A stretch of DNA of 63,992 bases, filler included, from an uncultured bacterium (GTDB lineage: Bacteria > Auribacterota > CAZIXI01): NCBI GenBank assembly GCA_964543115.1. It is 7 parts of 7 records of this genome, joined end to end, with 100 filler letters (N's around TTAATTAATTAA, not from the genome) between each part and the next. Parts side by side here need not be neighbours in the genome. Positions count along the whole stretch, not along the records: positions 20,149 to 30,067 come from CAZIXI010000126.1; positions 30,168 to 40,077 come from CAZIXI010000127.1; 5 more parts are not named here. One strand, given 5' to 3'. Positions 23,186 through 31,384 of the stretch are shown here, in pieces. Position numbers and translations under genes: made by a program. The notes under the pieces are model-generated. The model saw only the letters and a list, made by a program, of their open reading frames with translations, searched no databases and was not told where the DNA came from. Numbering within the stretch: the first letter of the stretch is position 1; the number at the start of each line of letters is the position of its first letter.

Positions 23186-25288
23186 ATGAATAAAATTAAT
23201 TTCATGTTCGGCATACACAACCACCAGCCGGTGGGGAACTTTCCTAATGTTTTTCAGCGGACCTATGAAAAATGTTATCTGCCCTTTGTAAAGATGCTGG
23301 AAAAACATCCCGGGGTACGTGTATCTCTTCATTACACCGGTCCGTTACTGGAATGGATAGAGGAAAACCGGCCGGAATATTTTGACCGTATTCGCGGGCT
23401 CTTGTCGCGGGGCCAGATCGAATTGCTGGGCGGAGGATTCTATGAGCCGCTGCTGCCGGTTATTCCGCGGGTAGATGCCCGGGGACAGATCCTGTTAATG
23501 CAGGAATATATTGCCGACAAGTTTGGCGTTACTCCCCGGGGGATGTGGCTGGCTGAGCGTGTCTGGGAACCGGGCCTGCCGTCACTTATTGCCGAGACGG
23601 GTCTTGAGTACGTGACAATAGATGACACGCATTTCTATTATGCCGGAATGAAAGCAGAAGATATGTCCGGCTATTACCTTACCGAAGACCAGGGACAGAC
23701 AGTTGCCGTTTTTCCAATTGACAAGGAAATGAGATACCGTATTCCTTTCCGGGTAGCGGAAGAGTCGATCAATTATTTTAAGGAACGGGCGGAGAAAAGC
23801 CCGGAATGCGGAATTACCCTGGCCGATGACGGAGAAAAATTCGGTGAATGGCCGGGTACCTATAAATGGGTTTATCAAGACGGCTATCTGGAATCACTAT
23901 TCCGTCATTTGGAGGATAATTCTACCTGGCTGAATATGCTTACCTTTAGCGAATATCTGGATCGTTATCCAGCCCGGGGACGCGTCTATCTGCCTACCGC
24001 CTCCTATGACGAGATGATGGAATGGTCCCTGCCTGTAAGCAGTCAGGTTAGTTTTGAAGATCTTGTCAAAGAATGTAAGGGCCGCGGACAATACGAGCAG
24101 CTGCGTCCTTATCTGCGGGGAGGCTTCTGGCGCAATTTCCTGGTTAAGTATCCGGAAGTGAATCAAATGTACAGCAAAATGATCCACCTCAGCAGCAAGG
24201 TTAATGGGAAAAAAAGAAACGGCAAGAAGGACTCTCAAATTAAAAGATACCTTTACCGTGGACAATGCAATTGCGCCTACTGGCATGGATTATTCGGCGG
24301 GCTATACCTTAATTACTTGCGTCACGCGATTTATCAGAATCTGATTGGCGCGGAAAACCTGTTGAGCAAGGGGGTGGAACTGGAGTCAAAGGATTATAAT
24401 TTTGACGGGCAAAAAGAGATCCTGGCCTCAGTGCCGAAGTATAATATCTATCTTTCGCCTGCTGCCGGCGGTCAAATTATTGAATTGGACTATAAACCAA
24501 AACAATTTAATCTCAGTAACGTGCTGGCCCGCCGCCCGGAGGCCTATCATCAGCGGATTGACATTGAAAATGAGGAGGAAAGCGCCGGAGAGCCGCAATC
24601 TATTCATGATATTGTCCGGACAAAAGAAGACGGCCTTAAGGACATTCTCTTTTATGACTGGTATCCGCGTTACGGCCTGATCGACCATTTCCTGGCACCG
24701 GATACCACCCTGGAAAAATTCAGCCGGTGCCATTATGGCGAAGAGGGTGATTTTGTGAATCAGCCTTATAAGGTTGAGGAATGCAGTAAGGGGAAGAGTT
24801 CCCTTAAGGTGACGCTTTCCCGTGAAGGCACGGTATACATAAACGGTAAAGGTTATCCCTTGGAAGTAACTAAATCGCTGACTATGGGAAAAAAGATAGA
24901 AGTAGAATATTCCTTAATTAATCTGAGTAATGACTGCCTGAATATCTGGTGGGGAGTGGAATTCAATCTCACCCTGCTTGCCGGAAATGAAAAACAGCGG
25001 TTTTATCTCTTACCGGAAAAGGGGTCACAAAAACAGCCGCTGTGTACCCGAAAAAGCAATACCGGCATAACTAAATTAGCGTTGGCGGACACACATCGCG
25101 GTTTTCGCTTAGCCTGCCAATGGTCGCGACCGGCCACCCTCTGGCGTTTCCCCGTAGAAACGGTTTCTCAATCGGAAGACGGCCTGGAAAAAACCTACCA
25201 GGGCTCTTGTATTATGCCCAGCTGGAAATTATCCCTGCCGGCAAACAGTAATTATTCTCTTCAGTTAACGATTGAAATTTCAGGATAA
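23186..25288 (+). CDS. GH57 alpha-amylase / 4-alpha-glucanotransferase (AmyA-like)
   Basis: MNKINFMFGIHNHQP start (ATG 23186 rather than 23012), GMWLAERVW, ADDGEKFG, QCNCAYWHG, C-terminal VETVSQSEDGLEKTYQG. Confidence 0.93.
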   Translation: MNKINFMFGIHNHQPVGNFPNVFQRTYEKCYLPFVKMLEKHPGVRVSLHYTGPLLEWIEENRPEYFDRIRGLLSRGQIELLGGGFYEPLLPVIPRVDARGQILLMQEYIADKFGVTPRGMWLAERVWEPGLPSLIAETGLEYVTIDDTHFYYAGMKAEDMSGYYLTEDQGQTVAVFPIDKEMRYRIPFRVAEESINYFKERAEKSPECGITLADDGEKFGEWPGTYKWVYQDGYLESLFRHLEDNSTWLNMLTFSEYLDRYPARGRVYLPTASYDEMMEWSLPVSSQVSFEDLVKECKGRGQYEQLRPYLRGGFWRNFLVKYPEVNQMYSKMIHLSSKVNGKKRNGKKDSQIKRYLYRGQCNCAYWHGLFGGLYLNYLRHAIYQNLIGAENLLSKGVELESKDYNFDGQKEILASVPKYNIYLSPAAGGQIIELDYKPKQFNLSNVLARRPEAYHQRIDIENEEESAGEPQSIHDIVRTKEDGLKDILFYDWYPRYGLIDHFLAPDTTLEKFSRCHYGEEGDFVNQPYKVEECSKGKSSLKVTLSREGTVYINGKGYPLEVTKSLTMGKKIEVEYSLINLSNDCLNIWWGVEFNLTLLAGNEKQRFYLLPEKGSQKQPLCTRKSNTGITKLALADTHRGFRLACQWSRPATLWRFPVETVSQSEDGLEKTYQGSCIMPSWKLSLPANSNYSLQLTIEISG

Positions 25289-25300
25289 AAACAGTATAAT
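25272..25300 (+). promoter_or_regulatory. sigma70-type promoter overlapping the end of the GH57 gene
   Basis: TTGAAA (25272-25277), 17 nt, TATAAT (25295-25300); RBS GAGGAGG before ATG 25331. Confidence 0.65.
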
Positions 25301-25330
25301 ACCCTTAAGATAAGAGGAGGTGGATACTCT

Positions 25331-25666
25331 ATGCGTATTTTAACTTTTTTCCTATTAGCGGTTTTTTGTGCTGCTCTATCCGGCTGTACGGAAACAGAGC
25401 AGGGCGCGGGTATTGGCGCAGTCAGCGGCGGTGTACTCGGCGGCGTTATCGGGCATCAATCCGGCCGGACAGCGGAAGGCGCGGCTATTGGTGTTGTCGG
25501 CGGGGCTATCCTTGGAGGCTTGATTGGTCATTCACAAGAAGAAAAAGACACCAGTCAGCGGACAATCGTTACCTGTCCGGAGGGGCACCAGGTAGATGTA
25601 ACCGGATTCCCTCCCGGATCGCGGGTAAAATGTCCCGTCTGCGGAACTGAATTCACAATACAATAA
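25331..25666 (+). CDS. Lipoprotein with glycine-zipper segment and C-terminal zinc-ribbon-like motif
   Basis: Lipobox ALSGC; GAGIGAVSGGVLGGVIG...GAAIGVVGGAILGGLIG; CPEGH...CPVCG. Confidence 0.85.
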   Translation: MRILTFFLLAVFCAALSGCTETEQGAGIGAVSGGVLGGVIGHQSGRTAEGAAIGVVGGAILGGLIGHSQEEKDTSQRTIVTCPEGHQVDVTGFPPGSRVKCPVCGTEFTIQ

Positions 25667-25677
25667 ACTATTATTGA

Positions 25678-25708
25678 TGTCAATCCCATGCTTTGCATGG
25701 GATTGACA
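25678..25708. terminator. Perfect 14-bp hairpin downstream of the lipoprotein gene (terminator or operator)
   Basis: TGTCAATCCCATGC-TTT-GCATGGGATTGACA; no strong U-tract. Confidence 0.45.
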
Positions 25709-25911
25709 AGTCCTTGCCGAAAAGTAATTGAGTCTAGAAACAAGACGTCTAAAAGGTACACCTTCTGTACACATATAGATTACCCGACATTCCAGCGCAA
25801 ATCATTAATCTTTCTTTACCAATGCCTTACATATGTTTGCACACAAGAACTGTCTGTTGGCATAAAATATGCTCTTTTATTTACTGAAGGGCGTAGAAGG
25901 AGGGGATAAAC

Positions 25912-26148
25912 ATGAAACTGCTTTTTGCTTTAGTTCTAGCGGTAATTCTTGTTGCTCCCGGCTATGCGGCTGACCTGCAAATTGCTGTTCCACAAACAGC
26001 AATTCATCTGCCTAGAGTGCAGATACAAATCGGCCCGACCCAGCTGCCACAGCAGGTGCTTGAACAGGAAGAAACATCTCCGTTAGACTTGTTACAGCAA
26101 TTACAAAAAGAAGCTAAGGCCTTACCGCTAATTGAAAAATGCGCGTAA
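25912..26148 (+). CDS. Small secreted hypothetical protein
   Basis: RBS AGGAGGGG, signal peptide MKLLFALVLAVILVAPGYAA, Q-rich mature part. Confidence 0.7.
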   Translation: MKLLFALVLAVILVAPGYAADLQIAVPQTAIHLPRVQIQIGPTQLPQQVLEQEETSPLDLLQQLQKEAKALPLIEKCA

Positions 26149-26168
26149 TGGTTGAAGCTGTTTTTTTG

Positions 26169-26247
26169 TCTGACGTTTGGTGTTTGGCACTGAATTGAGA
26201 AGTTAGAGCTATCTTTCCGTGCCTAACATCGAATGTCAGATTTTTTT
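26169..26247 (+). terminator. Long G-U-rich hairpin with U-tract (terminator or small structured RNA)
   Basis: 22-bp stem 26169-26190/26219-26240 with three G-U pairs and one mismatch, then T7. Confidence 0.55.
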
Positions 26248-26290
26248 ATCTTTTACTTGCCGTAAAAATTATTTCCAACCCGTTTAGTTG

Positions 26291-26319
26291 CTGACAATTT
26301 CCTCCAGTATTGGTATAAT
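26291..26319 (+). promoter_or_regulatory. sigma70 extended -10 promoter
   Basis: CTGACA, 17 nt, TG-N-TATAAT; 27 nt before ATG 26347. Confidence 0.7.
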
Positions 26320-26346
26320 ACCGCACTAATAGTTAATTAATCATTT

Positions 26347-26895
26347 ATGCAGGCAAGAAAACTTCTATTAAGCGTATTATTTTGTTCATTTCTGATTGTT
26401 GCCGGATGTGCTTACACATCCGTTAAGTATCAGCAGAAAGATGATCTTTTAATTTCTGCCAAGCATGGCTCCGAAGGAGAGACGGATATTCGCGATTTTA
26501 TTCGGCCGGAAGAAACAAAGGCGCTGACTGAAAAAATCAAGCAAGCTGATTTGCTTATAGATTATGTTGTTTCCCTGAAGACAACTGACGATAACGTAGA
26601 TTATTGGCAATATCCCGCTGAGACCATAACCAAAGGAGGTGGTGATTGCGAAGATAAGGTTTTCCTGCTTGCCTCGGCCCTGATTGCCTTAGGTGAAACG
26701 GACGTGTATGCCGTCAAAGGCCATTATCTGGGCGGTGGGCATTTCTGGATCGAATACCGGGATGGCATTCTTGACCCCGGCAAAAAGTCCGGGCAGGTTA
26801 CTCCGGCTAATAAAGCATTAGGCTATACGCCGTTTTTCAAGTTTAATAATAAAGTTATATATGTAAATAAAAAGTTATACAGGGAGGTTGATTGA
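26347..26895 (+). CDS. Lipoprotein with transglutaminase-like cysteine protease domain
   Basis: Lipobox IVAGC; YWQYP.ET...GGGDCEDKVFLLAS and GHFWIE (Cys-His core). Confidence 0.85.
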   Translation: MQARKLLLSVLFCSFLIVAGCAYTSVKYQQKDDLLISAKHGSEGETDIRDFIRPEETKALTEKIKQADLLIDYVVSLKTTDDNVDYWQYPAETITKGGGDCEDKVFLLASALIALGETDVYAVKGHYLGGGHFWIEYRDGILDPGKKSGQVTPANKALGYTPFFKFNNKVIYVNKKLYREVD

Positions 26896-27332
26896 TGCGT
26901 AAAATGATTGTAATGCTGGTAACAGCATGTTTTATTGCCCAAATATCCGTGTCCGCCTATGGAGGCAGTTATTTTGTCAGCGCCAATACCTCAGGCGGCA
27001 ACAGGGAAGTATCTCTTGGCTATAAATTTAAATTTGGTCCCGCTGATGAAGCAAAAAAAGAAACAACTTTAATTGATAAATATAAACAGGAAGATACCGG
27101 CGGTGCCGGCACAGCCATCGCCCTGATTGTTTTAGGCGGCTGCCTGGTGGCCGCGGCAATTATTCTTGCCAATAAAGCTGATGATATTGCTGACCGGGCG
27201 GAAGATAAAACAGATGAGATTCAAGAAAGCGTTGATGAAAAATACGAAGAAGCCAAAGAAGAGCTGGAAGAACATGAAGGCGATATTGATGAGTTGAGGG
27301 ATGAAATAGAAGAAAACAGAGATCAATCCTAA
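26895..27332 (+). CDS. Exported/membrane hypothetical protein with acidic coiled-coil C-terminus
   Basis: TGATG overlap with the upstream gene, signal peptide, second hydrophobic segment, D/E-rich heptads. Confidence 0.7.
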   Translation: MRKMIVMLVTACFIAQISVSAYGGSYFVSANTSGGNREVSLGYKFKFGPADEAKKETTLIDKYKQEDTGGAGTAIALIVLGGCLVAAAIILANKADDIADRAEDKTDEIQESVDEKYEEAKEELEEHEGDIDELRDEIEENRDQS

Positions 27333-27343
27333 GAATAGTTAAA

Positions 27344-27775
27344 TTGAATTTATTTACAAGGATATTTAATAAGTTTTCCAAAAAGGCCCCGGGATTGATT
27401 CTCGATACAAACATCTTTATTGCCGCTTACTGGAACAAAAAAAGCGCTTCTGCCAGGATCCTCCGGGGCTGTGAACAGGGCAGGCTTTTACTAGTCTATA
27501 GCAAGCCGATTGAAAAAGAAGTTTTTTTTATTTTAAACAGAATCAAAGCCAAAAAGCCCTACCAGGATTATGTGGCCGGCCTTTTTGCCAACGGACGCTT
27601 AGTGTCTCCCACTAAACACGTAAATCTTGTTAAGGACGATCCGGATGATAATAAATACCTGGATTGTGCCCTGGCCAGTAACGCAGACTATATTCTTTCC
27701 AATGACAAACACCTGCTGCAGTTCCATACTTTCCGTAAAACCCTGATTATCCGTCCCGCTCAATTTAGCATCTGA
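27344..27775 (+). CDS. PIN-domain protein (putative TA-system toxin, PIN family)
   Basis: ILDTNIFIAA, DDPDDNKYLDCALASNADYILSNDKHLL. Confidence 0.88.
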   Translation: MNLFTRIFNKFSKKAPGLILDTNIFIAAYWNKKSASARILRGCEQGRLLLVYSKPIEKEVFFILNRIKAKKPYQDYVAGLFANGRLVSPTKHVNLVKDDPDDNKYLDCALASNADYILSNDKHLLQFHTFRKTLIIRPAQFSI

Positions 27776-27805
27776 AAAATAACGCAAAAATATTCTCCCC
27801 CCCCC

Positions 27806-27834
27806 TTGACAATGGCCGTTTTTCATGGCATATT
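27806..27834 (+). promoter_or_regulatory. sigma70 promoter for the giant gene at 27944
   Basis: TTGACA (27806-27811), 17 nt, TG-N-CATATT (27829-27834). Confidence 0.7.
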
Positions 27835-27898
27835 TTTACTGACAAGGCGATCCGAAAAGGCAAGCACTTGTAAACAAATAACTTACAAAGACAATGGG

Positions 27899-27939
27899 CC
27901 GGGTTGCTGCTTAAAAAACAGTAATTCGGGCTTTTTTTT
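27899..27939 (+). terminator. Intrinsic-terminator-like hairpin inside the 5' leader (attenuator)
   Basis: CCGGGTTGCTG / CAGTAATTCGG 11-bp stem (3 G-U) followed by GC-T8, ending 4 nt before ATG 27944. Confidence 0.6.
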
Positions 27940-27943
27940 GACT

Positions 27944-30067
27944 ATGATCTATAATAAATATAATAAAAAATTAATAATTTCCATTATTTCATTAGTTTTT
28001 TTCCTGCAAAATACCTGCTGGTCAATTTCTGTCCAGGAAAAGAATTTGTCTTTCCGTGAACATATCGCTCCGACAGTGATCCTGATTGAAGATGCCCACT
28101 GTGTATATGAGGCACAGAAAAGCATTGCCGGCATTCTGGAAAAATTAATCAAAGATTATGATATCAAGCTGGTGTGTGTGGAAGGCGCGGCCGGCAATAT
28201 TAATTACCCTCTCTTTTCCAGTTTCCCTGATTCTCCGGCCAAAGAAAAGGCCTGTGACCAGTTTATGAGAGACGGTCATTTGTCTGGAGCCGAGGCCCTG
28301 GCGATAAGCAAAGGGAAAGAACTTCCTTTTACCTTATGGGGTAGCGAGGATGTGTCATTATATGATCAAGATCTCCGACAATATCAAAAGGCAATTAAGC
28401 TGACTGAAGGGATTGAATGGTTTATCAGGCAGAGCCAAAATAAATTAGTCAAGGCAGCAGAGCAGGCATTTAATTCAAGGCTAAAAGAATTCTCGCGAAA
28501 ACAAACTGCTTTTATTGCCGGGGAATTATCCGCTGACCACTGGCTGAATTACCTCTGCGGCATAAATCCAGACCCGCACTGTATTAATTTTAATTTACTA
28601 ATCAAAACTACCCGGCTGGAAAAACTTATTTTGGCAATCGGCTTGGCAGATTTGCATGCGGTCAGCGGTTTGCTTGTTCAATATATTAACATCCGCCGGC
28701 AGCAACCTATCAACATGGAGCAGATGTTTGGTGAAGAATTACCATTAATCGTAGAACAGGCCGCTGCTGCCCTCATCAAGACGGAAGAAGAAAACGAAAT
28801 TTATCATCAACTGCAATTTATAAATCTATTAACTAAGCTGCTTCATCTGCAGATAAACAGGCAGGAAATCGCCGCTTTTTTAAACTATGATTTTCCTTTT
28901 CTGATCGACCAGTTAACGGAAGGTAACGATTCCCTGCTAGCCGGAGTGGAAAGGGCCGTAAATGCCGTTGATGAATTTTACCGCTTGGCTCATTTAAGAG
29001 AAGACGCACTTGTAAAGAACACAATCAAGAAAATGCAGAAAGCCGGCAAAAACCGTGCTGTTCTTATCACCGGGGGATTTCATACGCAGGGATTACGGGA
29101 CAAATTCCAGCAACAGGGAATAAATACGCTCAAAATTACCCCTCAAATTACCGCGTTTCAATCCAATAATCCTTACCATAACGTAATCATGGATAGTTAC
29201 CTGGCTCCGCCGCTTTTTTCCTGGCGGCTTTACCAGAGGAGACCGGAACTGGTTGCCGATCTTTTCCGCTTGATGTTTGTTTACGCTGAGAAGCCGCTGG
29301 CGGAATTGTCAGCCAGGATAGCGGACCCGCTGCAAAAACAGCTTTTTCAGGAATTTGTGAATCTGGCCGGCAGTTTGCGTGATTCTGAGGCGGCTGAATT
29401 GGCCGTTGTTTTGCTTCCGGAAGATATTATTGTCACCCTGGCGGAGCTGGAAGCAAGCGGCACAATGAGTCCGGGGGAACAGGAAACTCTTTTTGCTTAT
29501 ATCTTTTTGTGTCTGCGGACAAGGGCCAGGCTAACCGATAGTAGTTTACTCGAACAGGTTAAAATTCTTTATAATTTACTCCCGGAAGATTCCAGGGGTA
29601 TTAGTGCTCAATTAAGAGCTAAACTAGAGCAGAAACTGGAAACAGAACCTAAAGTTGTTTTGGTTAATTTCAGCAGGGGTACTCTTTTCCGCAGCGTTAA
29701 ACCATTAGGGCTGGCCAGGATAAGCGCCAATTTAAAGGAAAATAATATATCCACCCATATTGTCGATGGGGCGGCCCGGCAATTAAAAGCGGCAGAACTG
29801 GCAGCTCAAGTGGCGGCCCAGGCGGAAGAATTGTCCGGGCCTTTAGTTATTGGTGTGAGTATTTTACCTGGTGATGTTGAAGTACTGGGAGAGTTTCTCA
29901 GGAAATTGCCGCCGGAACTAAAGAGCAGGGAAGATGTATATATCTGCGCGGGCGGCTATCTGCCCACGATGGCGGTTGCTGAATTCATGGTCAAGTTTTC
30001 CCGGATTGATTTCATTGTCCGCGGGGAAGGGGAGCTGGCGCTCCATCCGCATGGCGACCTGGCCGCC
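27944..30067 (+). CDS. N-terminal fragment of a giant exported protein: signal peptide, Tiki/TraB/EreA-like domain, cobalamin-binding domain; 3'-truncated
   Basis: MIYNKYNKKLIISIISLVFFLQNTCWS; IEDAH (28088-28099), VEG (~28181), TGGFH (~29072-29083); PLGLARISANL...CAGGYLPT...IVRGEGE (B12-binding fold of class B radical SAMs). Confidence 0.8.
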
Positions 30068-30167
30068 NNNNNNNNNNNNNNNNNNNNNNNNNNNNNNNNN
30101 NNNNNNNNNNNTTAATTAATTAANNNNNNNNNNNNNNNNNNNNNNNNNNNNNNNNNNNNNNNNNNNN
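30068..30167. other. Artificial contig linker
   Basis: N44-TTAATTAATTAA-N44. Confidence 0.99.
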
Positions 30168-30205
30168 AAACAAGGCGAAGAATAGTTGTCGAATCGTAAA
30201 CATTT

Positions 30206-30619
30206 TCATTTCGCGGTTTTATCCGGGGGGCTGGTCAGGGCAACAAGTTTCTTCACTCCAACCTGATGAAGAACATCCATTACCTCGATCACCAGGCCAT
30301 ACTGCACCTTCTTATCCGCCTTGAGCACAACCGGCAGGTCGTCCCGCAATTGTTCCTGCAGCAGCATCATCAATTCACCTTTTTCAATCACTTCTTCATT
30401 AAAATAGATTGTGCCGTCATCGGATATGGTTATCACTATCTGCTCTATGCGTTCCAGGGCCGCGCTCTTGGCCTGGGGCAGTTCAATCTGCAGGGCCGGC
30501 TGTTCTAAAAATGTGGTACTGACCAGCACAAAGATAAGCAAAATGAACAACACATCCACCAGGGAAGTGATGTTAATCACAATTGATTTTTTTTGTTTTT
30601 TAACACTAAATTCCATCAT
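30206..30619 (-). CDS. exbD: Biopolymer transport protein ExbD/TolR
   Basis: INITSLVDVLFILLIF TM motif, LKADKKVQYGLVIEVMD. Confidence 0.9.
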   Translation of the reverse strand: MMEFSVKKQKKSIVINITSLVDVLFILLIFVLVSTTFLEQPALQIELPQAKSAALERIEQIVITISDDGTIYFNEEVIEKGELMMLLQEQLRDDLPVVLKADKKVQYGLVIEVMDVLHQVGVKKLVALTSPPDKTAK

Positions 30620-31208
30620 ACAATTTATTCACCAGGGCTGTTGCCTCCCTCTCCATAACAATAATCAGATTATTAACTTTCCGGGAATAATAGCTATAGG
30701 CCACTAACGCGGGTATGGCCACAATTAATCCCACAACCGTGGTCACCAGCGCCTTAGCAATACCGCTGGAAAAGGCGGCGGTCTGCCCCAGCCCCAACTG
30801 GGATACTACATGAAAGACATCCACCAGACCGATAACCGTACCCAATAAACCCAATAGCGGGGCAATAGCCGCTACCACTTCCAGGATTACCAGTCCCCGC
30901 TCAAGATTATTCGCCTGCGATTTCCCTTCCAACATCACCTGTTCACGGTTAGCCGCTTTTGATAACTGCCGGTTAACCAGGCCCGCTTTAGCAATATAGG
31001 CAAAAGGCGTCGGGTAACGGTCACAGATCAGCACTACCTGTTGAGAATCGGGATTACGCATATCCCTTATCGCCCGCAGCAGCGGATCCGGAATTACCCT
31101 GGCCGCCCGCAGCGTAAACATCTTTTCAATCACAATCGCCAATGCCAGCACCGAACAGATAAACAGCGGAATCATCGTATATCCGCCTTTAAATAACAAC
31201 TGCCACAT
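30606..31208 (-). CDS. exbB: MotA/TolQ/ExbB proton channel protein
   Basis: APLLGLLGTV.GL...GIAKALVTT..GLIVAIPA. Confidence 0.9.
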   Translation of the reverse strand: MWQLLFKGGYTMIPLFICSVLALAIVIEKMFTLRAARVIPDPLLRAIRDMRNPDSQQVVLICDRYPTPFAYIAKAGLVNRQLSKAANREQVMLEGKSQANNLERGLVILEVVAAIAPLLGLLGTVIGLVDVFHVVSQLGLGQTAAFSSGIAKALVTTVVGLIVAIPALVAYSYYSRKVNNLIIVMEREATALVNKLYDGI

Positions 31209-31257
31209 TTTTACCTCCTGTAATTATTATTTTAAAAGTTATGCAAAATATCTTTTT

Positions 31258-31342
31258 TGTCATCCCGCGGCTTGACCGCGGGATCCAGAAAGTATTGATT
31301 GACAAGTAGTTCTAGATTCCGCGGTCAAGCCGCGGAATGACA
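31258..31342. repeat. REP/RPE-like composite palindrome between tonB and exbB
   Basis: 33-bp inverted arms TGTCATCCCGCGGCTTGACCGCGGGATCCAGAA / TTCTAGATTCCGCGGTCAAGCCGCGGAATGACA (3 mismatches, 19-nt spacer); each arm also forms its own hairpin. Confidence 0.85.
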
Positions 31343-31384
31343 TTTTTTTGCGTTTTGCAGAAGTCTATACTATTTTTAAACGGT

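Noticed and set aside
26185..26200. sigma54 promoter TGGCACTGAATTGAG
   Set aside because: No GC at the -12 position; the sequence is part of a hairpin arm
26182..26227. Integron attC site (GCCTAAC / GTTTGGC boxes)
   Set aside because: The boxes are in the reverse order of attC (RYYYAAC must be 5' of GTTRRRY), and there is no integrase or cassette array
27806..27943. Track start of the 769-aa ORF at TTG 27806
   Set aside because: That TTG is the -35 box; the signal peptide begins at ATG 27944
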